A stretch of DNA of 64,000 bases, from assembly GCA_951406725.2 (NCBI GenBank), contig OX597831.1, positions 27,404,001 to 27,468,000 of the forward strand, in the 5' to 3' direction. The notes beneath the pieces are model-generated. The model was given only the letters and a program-made list of their open reading frames with translations. It searched no databases and was not told the origin of the DNA. This document shows, piece after piece, positions 13,736 through 27,270 of this stretch. The stretch comes from Octopus vulgaris (taxonomy: Eukaryota). Positions within the stretch are counted from its first letter, which is position 1. The number at the start of each line of letters is the position of its first letter. A program made the translations under genes and the position numbers.

Positions 13736-16283
13736 CAATAGCTTCCTCCTTTATATTGTCATTAATCCTGTAGCTTTTGTGAGAACTTAAAAACGCCAAT
13801 AATTCCCTTAAAATATTATTGGTTTGGTGAAGAGAAACCCCATTTTATCTAAGTTCACATATAAATCAATGATGAAAAATCTGCATTGAATTCACAACAT
13901 CTTGACAACTTTTTTTTAAAAAAAGGTAATAAATCGAAAAATGAAGGAATACGTTTTGTGGACGGAGATCCACTGTCTAACTAAAAAATGCGAAGGTTAC
14001 GACTGGAACGTTTTTGATCACAGTTCTGCTGGATCAGGGCTGAGCTGGAGATAAAAGGAAATTAAACCGGTAACTTTGAATCATTCGCTGACATATCTCC
14101 GGATAGGTCTCAGTGAGTGTTTTTGTTGTTTTAGTTGAAAGGCTGTGTGTGGATATAGTTTAAACCAGTCATGAGCTAACAGTGACCCGAAGGACCTTCT
14201 GAATGGCACGACTAAACGAAAAATTACCTTGAATTCTTTAAGTAGTGCGGCTCGACTGATGATGAAGACGTTTGCCTATGCCAGATTTAAACGAAATGAC
14301 CTTCTGTATTTTTCTTCATTCAGTGAGAGCAAAGAGAAGAGAAGACATTGATTAATTGTTGCACATCTACGAAGAGTCGAGGGAGTTATTTCTCTCCTGA
14401 ACCTTCCTTCCCTATACATCCCCTTCAATCATCAGACGAAAGACCACAAATACGCAGAGGAAGTGGGGTTTCAGTCTATTAAATCGACTCCCTATTTTCA
14501 CCACAGATACGTGAAAAAAATCGATCCCGGCGTCATGTTTGAACTACGAATCTATGTAGTTAAATGTATCGATGCCTTAAGAATATCTAAACATTGCCTA
14601 AGACATTATCCTCGTTACAGTTAATTAATGATAATTACTATCCCTTTTCTGCTACGTTTCTCTGTTTAAATTCCTTTCAGGCTTCGTGGTAAAATCTTTA
14701 GATACATCTTTTGTGTGTGTGTGTATGTGTGTTGGCTGTTAGTCGCAAGGAATATGAAGTAGAAAGGAACTGATCACAATAAATGGCAAACTCAAACGAA
14801 AAACTGACCAGTATGAAAATAGCTTATCAAGTCATGCCAAAGCCATGATCAATCATAGCCACAACGATTAACTGCAAATAAATATTCATCCCTCCTACGT
14901 TTACCTTTTAAAATTCCTTTTAAGTTTCTTATCAAATCTTTAGGCCCGCCTTTCTTGTTATATGTCTGTATTGGCCGTTAGCCGCAATATATGTGTTTAT
15001 TATAGAATACTCTAGTTTGTTTAAACCATGTTCGTCAAGGCCAAGATAGAGCATCGGCACGGTACATCACTCGGTCACATCTAAGATTTACCCCCAAGAC
15101 CTGACTAGTATTTTTAATCTTATCGATCCCAGAAGGGTGGAAAGCAAAGTTTAACCTCAGTAGGATTTGAACGTAAAGGATGGAGCAGAAACTTGTAGGG
15201 TTTATCAGATTGATTAATAAAGAAATCAACTGAAAGAATAATGAATTCCTTTTCCTGATGCTGTTAAACAGTTAGTGCCTGATTCACGTAGAAGCCAAAC
15301 TAGCTATCCTCTAGCTTGGGGGCTTCCTAATCCGAAGGGGTCGGAAAATAATTGAAAGGCATACGTTTTTCAATTCATGTGAGATTTTCTGGTGTAATTT
15401 TTCAATAAGGAACCCCAAGCTTTATAGCTAAAATCCTCACTATTTGTAAATCTGGCACTGTTGTTAAGAACGGAGGAGACAAAATCGGTCTTGTTTAATT
15501 CCAGATCAGTTAATCTGATCAAACAGATCCAAGATTTTTCGAATTTAGAGTATCCACATCTGTATCACTCAATATGTCACTTCGTTTTGAAGCTAAGTAG
15601 GGTTTTTTTTAATTTGTTTGTTTGTTGGTTTTTCATGTGGAGTTGATTTAGTTGTTATTTAAAGCATGTCAAGCGATAGCGTAGAGCCTCGCGTTAGTTT
15701 AACTCCAGTATGTGAATGGTATTTTCGAAGTATGAAAAGCACTTATGTTTGACATTCTAACAGGTCAACTAAATAATAATAATAATAATTTTCGGAATTG
15801 TACTTGTTAAGCAAATGACTCCTTCATCTTCTGAGGTTGTGCGTTGAATTGGAGCGACGAAGAATCATTTTAGACATTAATAAAAAAAAAAAAACTAAAT
15901 GAAAAAAACAAAAAACAGAAACTGTTAAATTTTCTTGTAATGTCTCATTTGAGATATCAAAAATTTCGTCGCACCACTGCGGTTTGACCCCTTACACAGT
16001 TTCACTGCAACTATAGAGTCATTGACCTAGTCGCAGAGGTGCGACGAAAAGTTTCACTCCTCAAGAAATAACTCCTCCAAGTAGCAGTAGTATTAGTAGT
16101 AGTAGTATCAGCAGCAGCAGTAGTAGTCCTTTCTGCTATAGACACAGAGCCTGAAATTTAGGGGAGAGGGCTAGTCGGTTACATCGATCTTAATACTTGT
16201 TAAATACTTTATTTTATCGATTCAGGGAGGATGAAAGGCAAACCAACCTCGGTGGAATTTGATAGAATTTAATAATAATAATG

Positions 16284-16322
<39 letters not shown>

Positions 16323-17140
16323 TGGGCATACACGAGAAGCCACTTGAGATGGGAATGGGGTGGCAGAGTTTTAATCAGTTATTTTTAACCTCTACCCCGT
16401 TAACCCGTATTTGTTTTGCTGTCCTAACACTGAAAGCTTAAAATGTAAAATACAGCGAGATAGGTTTTAAATTCAGACACAGAGTGACGTGATTACGAAG
16501 AATTGTGATATTTTCACAACAATAATAATTATTAATAATAATAAATAATAAATATTTTTTTAATATATATTTCTTACAATTAACGCAATTGTAATGGAAA
16601 TGAGTAGAGTAAATTATATCGATCACGTACAAATGATTGCCAATTCGTAATGGTTCTATATCGGTCGGGTGGTTTCTAAGCTTAAGGTTGGTTGGAATGG
16701 AACTTGTGGCTCCATGAAAATAACCGAAGCCTTGAGATTGTTTTTAATATTTCACAAAAACACCATCCTCGGTATATTGAAATGATAATAACTATTATAT
16801 TTCTCTTCTTTAGGAAGTTTATTTTAAAATTTGTTTCAGGTTTCGTTGTCAAAACTTAAGGGCTACTTACTTATTTGCTTATATTGCGCTATTAGTCGTT
16901 CTCCTCTGTGTGAGTGTGTGTGTGTTTGTGTGTATATACATAGATACGGTACCTTGGTCTGTTTAAGCCACCCCAGTCAAACCAAGCTTGAGCAATGCCT
17001 TTATAGATATAAATTTTCATTTCGTAGAAAACATTTCAAGATGTGTGTATACGATCATCATAGTTTTATAGATTAAGCTGATGTGTGTATGTTACGGTTG
17101 CATGCAATTGTGATGTAGTGGCGTTCACGCCTTTACATCG

Positions 17141-17142
<2 letters not shown>

Positions 17143-17213
<71 letters not shown>

Positions 17214-17675
17214 CAAACACACACACATATATGTATACAAACACACACACACATATATATATACAAACACACACACACACATATATATATACAAACACAC
17301 ACACACACATATATATATACAAACACACACACATATATATATACAAACACACACACACATATATATACAAACACACACACACATATATATACACACACAC
17401 ACATATATATATATACAAACACACACATATATATATATATACAAACACATATATATACACACACAAACATATATATATACAAACACACACACACATATAT
17501 GTATATATACACGCATATACACACACACACACATATATACACACATATATATATATACAAACACACACACATATATATACACACACATATATACACACAC
17601 AAACACACACATATATATATATACGCACACACACACACACATATGTATGTACGTGTGTGTGTGTGTGTGTGTGTT
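17143..17675. repeat. Compound (CA)n/(TA)n microsatellite
   Basis: Seen directly; source of several spurious ORFs. Confidence 0.95.
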
Positions 17676-17801
17676 TCGTAGTCAAAACTTAAGGTCAACG
17701 CCGTTACAGTCTGTGTAACCGATTCGATGGGTGTGTGTTATGTTTCCGGGTGTTCGCCCCGTGATATTGTGGCTTTCATTCGTGATATTAAGGAGACCTA
17801 C

Positions 17802-17952
17802 CTTTAGCAGAGAGTCCCTTGAGGGTGAGGTATTTCGCCTGGGTATCCTTGTACAAGCCGCACCAGTCAATATTATCATTGTCATCATCAACATGAGTCT
17901 GTACCATCGTCACTACATCTCGGCCGTGCATTGTTGATGTTGTTGAGGCCAT
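17802..17952 (-). CDS. Probable first coding exon of a second gene (coiled-coil-like start, tentatively shootin-1-like)
   Basis: MASTTSTMHGRDVVTMVQTHVDDDNDNIDWCGLYKDTQAKYLTLKGLSAK followed by a strong donor AAAG|GTAGGT (phase 1). It is a unique-sequence island among microsatellites, inside a CpG-retaining domain. No downstream exon identified in the window. Confidence 0.5.
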
Positions 17953-18421
17953 GACAGATATGCCAGCAGTAGTACTAGTAGCAGCACGAGTGGTAGAGGT
18001 GGTGATGGTAGTGGTGGAGTGGTAGGTGTAGAAGTAGTAGTAGTGGCGGTGACGGCTGTGGTGGGTACAGAGAATAACGGTGATATAATATAATATAACA
18101 GTAATAATAGTAGTAGTAGTAGTAGTGACAGAGGATTAACGTATATAGTAGTAATAGTAGTAGTAGTAGTAGGTTAGAGTGAGAGCAGCAGCAGCAGCAG
18201 CAGAAGTAGTAGCAGTTGTGATGGTAGTGATGATGGAGGGGGTTGTAGTGGTGATGCTGGTGGTGTGGCGGTGATGGTGATGGTGATGGTAACACTGGGT
18301 GTGATGATGATGATGAATGTGATTAGGAAACGGCGATGGGGGAAATGTGATCTTTCTATTCTCTCTCTCCCTCTTTATATTTATAGATATATAGATATTT
18401 TTCTTTCTTTCTCTCTCTCTA

Positions 18422-18452
<31 letters not shown>

Positions 18453-18671
18453 ATGGATCTTTACATATATGTGTGGGTTTTCTTTTTCTATCTCTTTCTA
18501 TATACACATCCCATCTATGTATCTAGTCACCTACCTACCCGTAGAAACGAGGAACTCGGAGTAATAAGGAATTTTTTTAAGGTGCACTCACACACACACG
18601 CACACACACACACATGTATTTCGTAGACGGTAGTCTGCCTCTGTGTGTGTATGTGTGTGTGCTAAACTAGA

Positions 18672-18707
<36 letters not shown>

Positions 18708-19000
18708 TGTATCTGTCCATCGTCCGTCATTATTCCTTCACACACCCGTATTCACACATACACGCACGCACACACCTTCAGAGAGAAGCCTATATATATA
18801 TATATACATATATATATGTACCGACACATATACACAATCACAAGCAATTCACACGTTCTACAGCCACCCCACAACACACACACACATACATAGATGCACA
18901 CACGCACACATCGATCTATTTTGCCATCCGCCTCCAAATGAATTTTGTTCCGTAACCAGGTATCGGTGTTAGTCGGCTATGATCGGGTGCTATAGTCAAG

Positions 19001-19052
<52 letters not shown>

Positions 19053-19149
19053 ACATAAACACACGTACAAACGCATATATATATGATTGATTGATTCTAG
19101 TTTCAGCTCACGAGCTGTGGCCATGCTGGGGCACCGATATATTTCCTTT

Positions 19150-19917
19150 TTTTTTTATTTGTTTCAGTCATTTGACTGCGGCCATGCTGGAGCACCGCCT
19201 TTAGTCGAGCAAATCGACCCCGGGACTTATTCTTTGTAAGCCCAGTACTTATTCTATCGGTCTCTTTTGCCGAACCGCTAAGTGACGGGGACGTAAACAC
19301 ACCAGCATCGGTTGACAAGCAATGCTAGGGAGACAAACACAGACACACAAACACATATATATATATATATATACATATATACGACAGGCTTCTTTCAGTT
19401 TCCGTCTACCAAATCCACTCACAAGGCATTGGTCGGCCCGGGGCTATAGCAGAAGACACTTGCCCAAGATGCCACGCAGTGGGACTGAACCCGGATCCAT
19501 GTGGTTGGTTAGCAAGCTACTTACCACACAGCCACTCATATACTCTTTACTCTTTTACTCTTTTACTTGTTTCAGTCATTTTGACTGCGGCCATGCTGGA
19601 GCACCGCCTTTAATCGAACAACTCGACCCCGGGACTTATTCTTTGTAAGCCCAGTACTTATTCTATCGGTCTCTTTTGCCGAACCGCTAAGTGACGGGGA
19701 CGTAAACACACCAGCATCAGTTGACAAGCAATGCTAGGGAGACAAACACACACACACACATATATATATATACATATATACGACAGGCTTCTTTCAGTTT
19801 CCGTCTACCAAATCCACTCACAAGGCATTGGTCGGCCCGGGGCTATAGCAGAAGACACTTGCCCAAGATGCCACGCAGTGGGACTGAACCCGGATCCATG
19901 TGGTTGGTTAGCCACTC
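19150..19917 (-). mobile_element. Two head-to-tail SINE family A copies
   Basis: Copies at about 19150-19537 and 19541-19917 share private variants (CCCGGATCC; GTTGACAAGCAATGCTAGGGAG). Confidence 0.9.
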
Positions 19918-19933
19918 ATATATATATGAGACA

Positions 19934-19981
<48 letters not shown>

Positions 19982-20460
19982 TGTGCGTACATACATAAAC
20001 ATATACACTTGCACACTCACACACATTTACACGCACACACACACATATACGCACTCGTACCTACGAGTTTTTACTTGGTATCTTGACGTACTAGAAATAA
20101 CAGCCAAACTCCCTTCATGTCACATCCCACGTTTTTTTGTTTTTTTTAAGGAAACATTAAATAATATAACCCTAGATACACAATGCACGAAAACCAATGG
20201 AAGATGAAATGGACAGGTCGGAATGTCCTTTGGGCATACGTCTACTGGATCCAGGTTGACCTAGGGCTAAATGACCAGATCCATTCACTCAAACAGGCAA
20301 CAGTGATGCATACACATATATACACACATATACAGTACATAATCTACTCATTCATGCACTCACACATACATTCACACACATCCTTTCACCTTTATTCAGT
20401 TAATCAAAGTTGTTGAAGCCCAGCCACTAACAAATACAAAGATATATGCACATACATACA

Positions 20461-20867
20461 TACTCTTTACTCTTTTACTTGTTTCAGTCATTTGACTGCA
20501 GCCATGCTGGAGCACCGCCTTTAGTCGAGCAAATCGACCCCGGGACTTATTCTTTGTAAGCCTAGTACTTATTATATCAGTATCTTTTGCCGAACCACTA
20601 AGTTACGGTGACGTAAACACACCAGCATCGGTTGTCAAGCGATGTTGGGGGAACAAACACAGATACACAAACATATACACACACACACACACATATATAT
20701 ACATATATACAACGGGCTTCTTTCAGTTTCCGTCTACCAAATCCACTCACAAGGCTTTGGTTGACCCGAAGCTATAGTAGAAGACACTTGGCCAAGGTGG
20801 CACGCAGTGGGACTGAACCTGGAATCATGTGGTTGGTAAACAAGCTACTTACCACACAGCCACTCAT
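20461..20867 (-). mobile_element. SINE family A
   Basis: Full length, colinear with other copies. Confidence 0.88.
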
Positions 20868-20884
20868 ACACCTATCATACTTAC

Positions 20885-21480
20885 ATACATACATGATGGC
20901 TGCACCCTCATTATTAAGTATGGCCATTGCACGAAGCTTATTGGTGCTGTGATCGAATGTGACGTTTTAGCCCCGCTAAAGATCTACAATGTCTTGTACA
21001 GAATTGGCAACTAAAACTTTTACCGGTAATAGCCTGTTGTAGTTGTAACTGGGCTTCATGTACCTTTGCATGTCGTTTAAGTCCTCCTGCCAAATTACAC
21101 TCCCTTCTACATGCCTGACAGATATGATTAGTATGGTGTGTAACACCACCACCAGTGGCCTGGTTGTCAATCATCTGTCTCGCTTTATGACTACAAAGAT
21201 GACTCTTGAGTCCAGCTTTACTGAAGCAGGGTCTTGCACAGACACTGCATGTCAGCATCATAGGAAGACCCTTACCATCTGGAAGTGCAACCGCAATGCC
21301 CTTCCTGACATCCCTCCTTACTTTCTCATGTGCAACTCGAGATTTCTCAAAAGTAGTTGTCCCCTCATGCACAATCCTTCTCCACCTGCTACTGTCAATA
21401 GCTATGCCCTCGCATGTGTCAAGAGAGATGCAAGCATCTCTTAAGGAAGCCTTCAGCAAGTCCTTATACCTCTTTTTTGG
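20885..21480 (-). mobile_element. 5'-truncated RTE LINE: ORF C-terminus with three C2H2 zinc fingers
   Basis: KKRYKDLLKASLRDACISLDTCEGIAIDSSRWRRIVHEG (RTE/BovB-type end), then CSVC..HLCSH, CQAC..HAKVH, CQFC..HIRSQH; short 3'UTR and (ATGT)n tail. Confidence 0.85.
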
Positions 21481-21843
21481 TTTATGTAGAAGTCATACAT
21501 ACATACATACTGGGGCCACATATTGGGGCCCTGGGATATGTAACACACTGCCTAAATCTTGAGAAATTAGGCTTCACAAAACCAGAAGGGAGAAAGGTAA
21601 TTTGAAGACTACAGATCCAATCCATCACTGGAACTGTAAAAGTCTGTAAAACTTTTCAGAAGTTTATCATTTAAGTGTATACGAGCATGTCTAGATATGC
21701 AACTATATGCCTGAGAATACATACATAAAACAAAACATACAAATCTGCACATATACATACATACATATATATATATATATCTATTACATAAAATCTGTTC
21801 TGTCTGTCTGCGTGTGTGTCTTGTAGGATCTTGGGCATCCTCC

Positions 21844-22035
21844 ATCCGAGAGTTGCTGAAGCATGGAATAAACTGCCTGCGTCAGTTGTTGACTGCCATG
21901 ACACTGCATCTTTTAAGGCCCTCATGCTTTCCGAAATCCGCCGAAACTTCACCTGATTATATATACACTTTAGATGAGTTGTAGTGCACCTGAGCACTGT
22001 ACACAATTATTATTATTATTATTATTATTATTATT
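21844..22035 (+). mobile_element. CR1-group LINE 3' end
   Basis: RVAEAWNKLPASVVDCHDTASFKALMLSEIRRNFT*, 3'UTR and (ATT)n tail. Same tail on minus strand at about 35375-35485 and 38310-38440; old copy at about 45900-46260. Confidence 0.8.
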
Positions 22036-22219
22036 GCGCTCAAATTTGATATGTAGATACCAACGGTATCAGCGCATGTATAAGTCTTGAAAAAATTACA
22101 AAAATCGATTCCCGGTGAAACCCATGGGACGGTCGGACAAGTTGTTTCGAGAAAACTTGGTTTAAATGTTTGACAACTCAGCACCGTCCGTTGGTTGGAC
22201 GGGGGGGGGGCTTTTGCTC

Positions 22220-22265
<46 letters not shown>

Positions 22266-22545
22266 TACCTTCGAAACGTGGAGTAGGTGAAACAGGGAGA
22301 ACTGAAGAAGGGTATAATTCTTTATGTTGTATGTCTCCTTTCTCTGTTTTTTTTGTTGTTTGAAAAAAAAAAGTTTGTTTCTATGTTTTTGTTTTTATGT
22401 TTTCATTTCTCATTGTGTTCAAAGTTTTTTTGATGTCCTGTACCCATATAAGCATGTATATATACATATATATGTAGGTATGTACATATATGTATATATA
22501 TATGCATATATTTATATATTATTTATATTATTATTATTATATACC

Positions 22546-22586
<41 letters not shown>

Positions 22587-22641
22587 CCTACCTACCTACA
22601 TACATACATACATACATACATGTATATATATATATATATAT

Positions 22642-22942
22642 CACTGTGATCACCATGACCGACCAGGCTATCATGTTGCTACACATCGCTGGTCACAATG
22701 CGCTTCACATAGTTTTAGCCTTCAAATGATGCCACCCCACTGGCTAAGCGAGTAGATCAACAGAAGAAAGAGTGAGAGAAAGTTGTGGCAAAAGAGTACA
22801 GCAGGGATCGCCACCACCCCCTGCTGGAGCCTCGTGGAGCTTTAGGTGTTTTCGCTCAATAAACACAACGCCTGGTCTGGGAATCGAAACCGCGATCCTA
22901 CGACCATGAGTCCGCTGCCCTAACCACTGGGCCATTGCACTT

Positions 22943-22945
<3 letters not shown>
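22642..22945 (-). mobile_element. tRNA-headed SINE family C in (TA)n/(CA)n
   Basis: Head TGGCCCAGTGGTTAGGGC...GGTTTCGATTCCC; a second head-only copy is inverted at 23061-23148. Confidence 0.75.
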
Positions 22946-23029
<84 letters not shown>

Positions 23030-23144
23030 GTATGTATGTATGTATATGTATGTGTGTGTGTGGAAGTGCAATGGCCCAGTGGTTAGGGCGGTGGACTCGT
23101 GGTCGTAGGATCACAGTTTCAATTCCCAGACCAGGCGTTGTGTT

Positions 23145-23218
<74 letters not shown>

Positions 23219-23325
23219 CGGCACAATGCACCCCTTATTCCTTTGAAATTAGGAATATGCAGCCTTCGAAACATATGTCGAGAATAAAGGAATTTTGTTA
23301 AATCGTCGTTCAACTCCATTCTTTC

Positions 23326-23366
<41 letters not shown>

Positions 23367-24304
23367 AAAACACATTTATATATATTCATTTACTTGTTTC
23401 AATCATTGGTGTGCAATCATGATGGGACACAATTAGCAAGTTTTTTTTTTTGTCAATCATATCATCTCCGCCACCCACAATGATGCTTATTCTATCAATC
23501 TTTATCAAACCCCACTAGACACACACCCACTAAGCATCACCCTCCTCCTCCTCATCATCATCATCATCATTGTTGTCATCATCATCATCATTTAACTTCC
23601 ATTTCCCATGCTCAAATGGGCTGGATGGCTGGACAAGATTTGATGGGTTCGAGTACCACATCATGCTCCACTGTTTTGCTTTAGCATGGTTTCTATGTTC
23701 GGATGCCCTTCCTAATGCCAACCACTCGGCAGAATGTACTGGGTGCTTTTTTTCTTTTTGTGGAACCAGCACTAGTAAGGTTCCCATACAGCTTGTATGA
23801 CTATGGACCCTGAGGTGGTGGTGGTGGTGGTGGGCTTTAAATATATATTTTTTGGGGGCTGTAGTTTCAGCTCAAAGCTGCAGCCATGCTGATGCACCGC
23901 TGTTTGCGTGCTAACGATTCTTATTTCTTTATTGCTCACAAGGGGCTAAACATAGAGTGGACAAACAAGGACAGACAATGGGATTAAGTCGATTACATCG
24001 ACCCCAGTTCATAACTGGTAATTAATTTAACGACCCCGAAAGGATGAAAGGCAAAGTCAACCTCGGCGGAATTTGAACTCAGAATGTAATAGCAGATGAA
24101 ATACTGCTAAGCATTTTGCCCGGTGTGCTAACAATTCTGCCAGCTCGCCCCCAGTTCATAAACTGAAACTATTTTTCCCTTAAGAAATTCAAGAGAAGAT
24201 ACAACATATTCAAGTAAGGATGTGCACTGAGTGAAAGCTAGACAGTGACTGACACTCTGCCACTCATACTAAAAGATTCTAGCCAACTGTTGTTGCTGGC
24301 TTGT

Positions 24305-24548
24305 GTTAAGTTAAGTTAATTATTTGGCTCAAAAAGCAAAAAGCAAGGCCATGTAGGGGGACATGGAGTTATGTACAGGGTGGTGTTCATGCAAAGAGTT
24401 CAGGCCATTTGTGGTCAAGGGAGACTTTGAACCGAGCAGTCGTCGGCATCTTCACTATCTCGTCCGACAGCTTATTCCACGGATCCACAACCCGGACGGA
24501 GAAAGCCCCTCTCCTTCGATTGAGATGAAATCGTCGCAGATAGAGCTG
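24305..24548 (-). mobile_element. CR1-group LINE 3' end, second family
   Basis: LYLRRFHLNRRRGAFSVRVVDPWNKLSDEIVKMPTTARFKVSLDHKWPELFA*, then a (TTAAC)n tail. Confidence 0.8.
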
Positions 24549-25498
24549 TTTGCTATATTATTATTAATATATATATTATTATTATTATTATTATTATTAA
24601 TAATAATAATAATAATAATGACAAAAAAGAATGAATGAGACCTCAATATTATATAAAATAGAGGAATTTATCTATAAAAATAATATGTGAGTTTTATTAT
24701 GACAACCAACTAATTGTCACATATTGTGTATATATATATATATATATATGCCAGCCCAGTCAAACCGTCCAACCCATGCCAGCATGGACAACGAACGTTA
24801 AATGATGATGATGAGGATGATGATGATGATAGTTGACATGGGGATGAGAGTCCATAAAAATCAAATGTAAATAAAGTTGGAAAAGGCACAGAAGTATCTT
24901 GAGTTTAGATATAGGTACAAACTGTTTAACCCTACAAATATTGTTTTTTCTTCCTCTCTCTGACATCCCAAAGAATTCTTTCTAATATTTGATAAGAAGA
25001 ATACATTGAAACCGGTTTTATTTTAAATCACTCACTGTAACGAAAATATTAAACATTCCCTAAAATATACCTCTTATTTACTTTTTTAACTATATATATA
25101 TATCTTTGCCAGTATATATACATTGAAGCTTTACTATAGCGCTGTAAATGTATCGACTGCTATTTCTAGTAAACATTGATGCTTTGGCGTACCACTACTC
25201 TCTCTCTCTTTCTCTCTCTCTACCTTCAAAACGTAGAGTAGATGAAACCATGGCGACTGAAGAAGGGGTTTTTTCCTTGTGTTATTTGTCCTGTACTCTA
25301 TTTTTTTTTGTTGTTAAAGAAAAATGTCCAGTTCCTTGGGTTTGTGTCTATGTTTTCATTTCTCATTGTGTTCGACGTTTTTTTGGTGTCCTGTACTCAT
25401 ATATGCATGTGTATATACATGTAGAGGTAGGTGCATACATATATGTATATATATATGCATATGTTTTATTTATTAATATATTATATATATATATATAA

Positions 25499-25915
25499 AG
25501 GCGCAGGAGTGGCTGTGTGGTAAGTAGCTTGCTTACCAACCACATGGTTCCAGGTTCAGTCCCACTGCATGGCACCTTGGGCAAGTGTCTTCTACTTTAG
25601 CCTCAGACCGACCAAAGCCTTGTGAGTGGATTTGGTAGCTGGAAACTGAAAGAAGCCCGTCGTATATATGTATATGTATATGTATGTATATGTGTGTGTG
25701 TGTGTGTGTGTTTGTCCCCCCCCAACATCACTTGACAACCAATGCTGGTGTGTTTACATCCCCGTAACTTAGCGGTTCGGCAAAAGAGACCAACAAAATA
25801 AGTACTAGGCTTACAAAGAATAAGTCCTGGGGTTGATTTGCTCAACTAAGGGTGGTGCTCCAGCATGGCCGCAGTCAAAACGACTGAAACAAGTAAAAGA
25901 GTAAAAGAGTAAAAA
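25499..25915 (+). mobile_element. SINE family A, CpG-decayed
   Basis: Full length; many CG to TG/CA changes relative to the copy at 6686. Confidence 0.88.
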
Positions 25916-25973
25916 GAGATATATCCCACCCATACAGGCATGGAAAGCAGACTTTAAACGATGATGATGATAC

Positions 25974-26405
<432 letters not shown>

Positions 26406-26847
26406 ACATGTGGTTAGGTAGGTTACAGGATTGGGCTGGAAGAGGAGGGGGTTCTCATTTTCTCAAATTTCCTTCATGTATACCTTTTAAACCAGTCACT
26501 CTGTCGTCCTCACATGCTTTTCCCCTTTACTCATTTATGAGCAATTATGTGAGCAACTGAAGGTTCGATGTTCACACACCATGGACTGCCTCTCGAAAGT
26601 GATGGGTGATGTCTCACAACCATAGCTTCATTCCCAAGAGATATCGGCTGCCTAGAAATCCTTCGTCTGTTCTTCTCCTGAATGTGGATAATTTTTTTAC
26701 ATGAAAAACACACCCAGTAGACTTTGTAAAAATAGCTGGTGTTAGGAAGAACATCAAACCAGACACTGGTGCGTGATGCCATCCTCTTGACTCATCAGAC
26801 CCCTGCCAAACTGTCCAACCCATACTAGCACGGAAGACAGGCATTAA

Positions 26848-27044
26848 ATGATGAGGATGATTGATGATGATGATGGTGGTAGTGGTGGTGGTGATAGTGT
26901 TAGTGATGATGATGATGATGATGGTGGTGGTGAATACAATGATGCTGCTGCTGCTGATGGTGGTGGTAATGCTGGTGGTGGTGGTGATGCTAGTGGTGGT
27001 GGTGAGGATGATGGTGGTGTTGGTGATGGTGATGATGGTGGTGT

Positions 27045-27078
<34 letters not shown>

Positions 27079-27270
27079 GGTGATGGTGGTGGTGGTGATG
27101 ATGATGGTGGTGGTGGTGGTGATGATAGTGGTATTGGTGGTGGTGTTGGTGATGATGGTGGTAATGGTGGTGGTGATGATAGTGGTGGTGGTGTTGATGC
27201 TGCTGCTGATGGTGGTGATGATGGTGATGATAGTGGTGGTGGTGGTGATGATAGTGGTGTAGGTGGTGGA
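26848..27270. repeat. Cryptic GGT/GAT trinucleotide tract
   Basis: Continues the (GAT)n tail of an RTE-type element; similar tracts at 17980-18320, 38000-38320 and 53570-53765. Confidence 0.85.

Noticed and set aside
17085-17698. Long ORFs of YI/HT/CV repeats (also 9031-9565, 25811-26560, 48358-48873)
   Set aside because: Translations of (TA)n/(CA)n microsatellites, open in several frames on both strands.
22266-22320. Permuted hammerhead (CCTTCGAAACGT...CTGAAGAAGGG), second copy near 25220
   Set aside because: No helix I pairing and no valid NUH site in the first copy; only a repeat family with partial motif similarity.
22860-23148. Possible tRNA genes
   Set aside because: A and B boxes are present but acceptor and anticodon stems are poor, and one copy continues into a SINE body.
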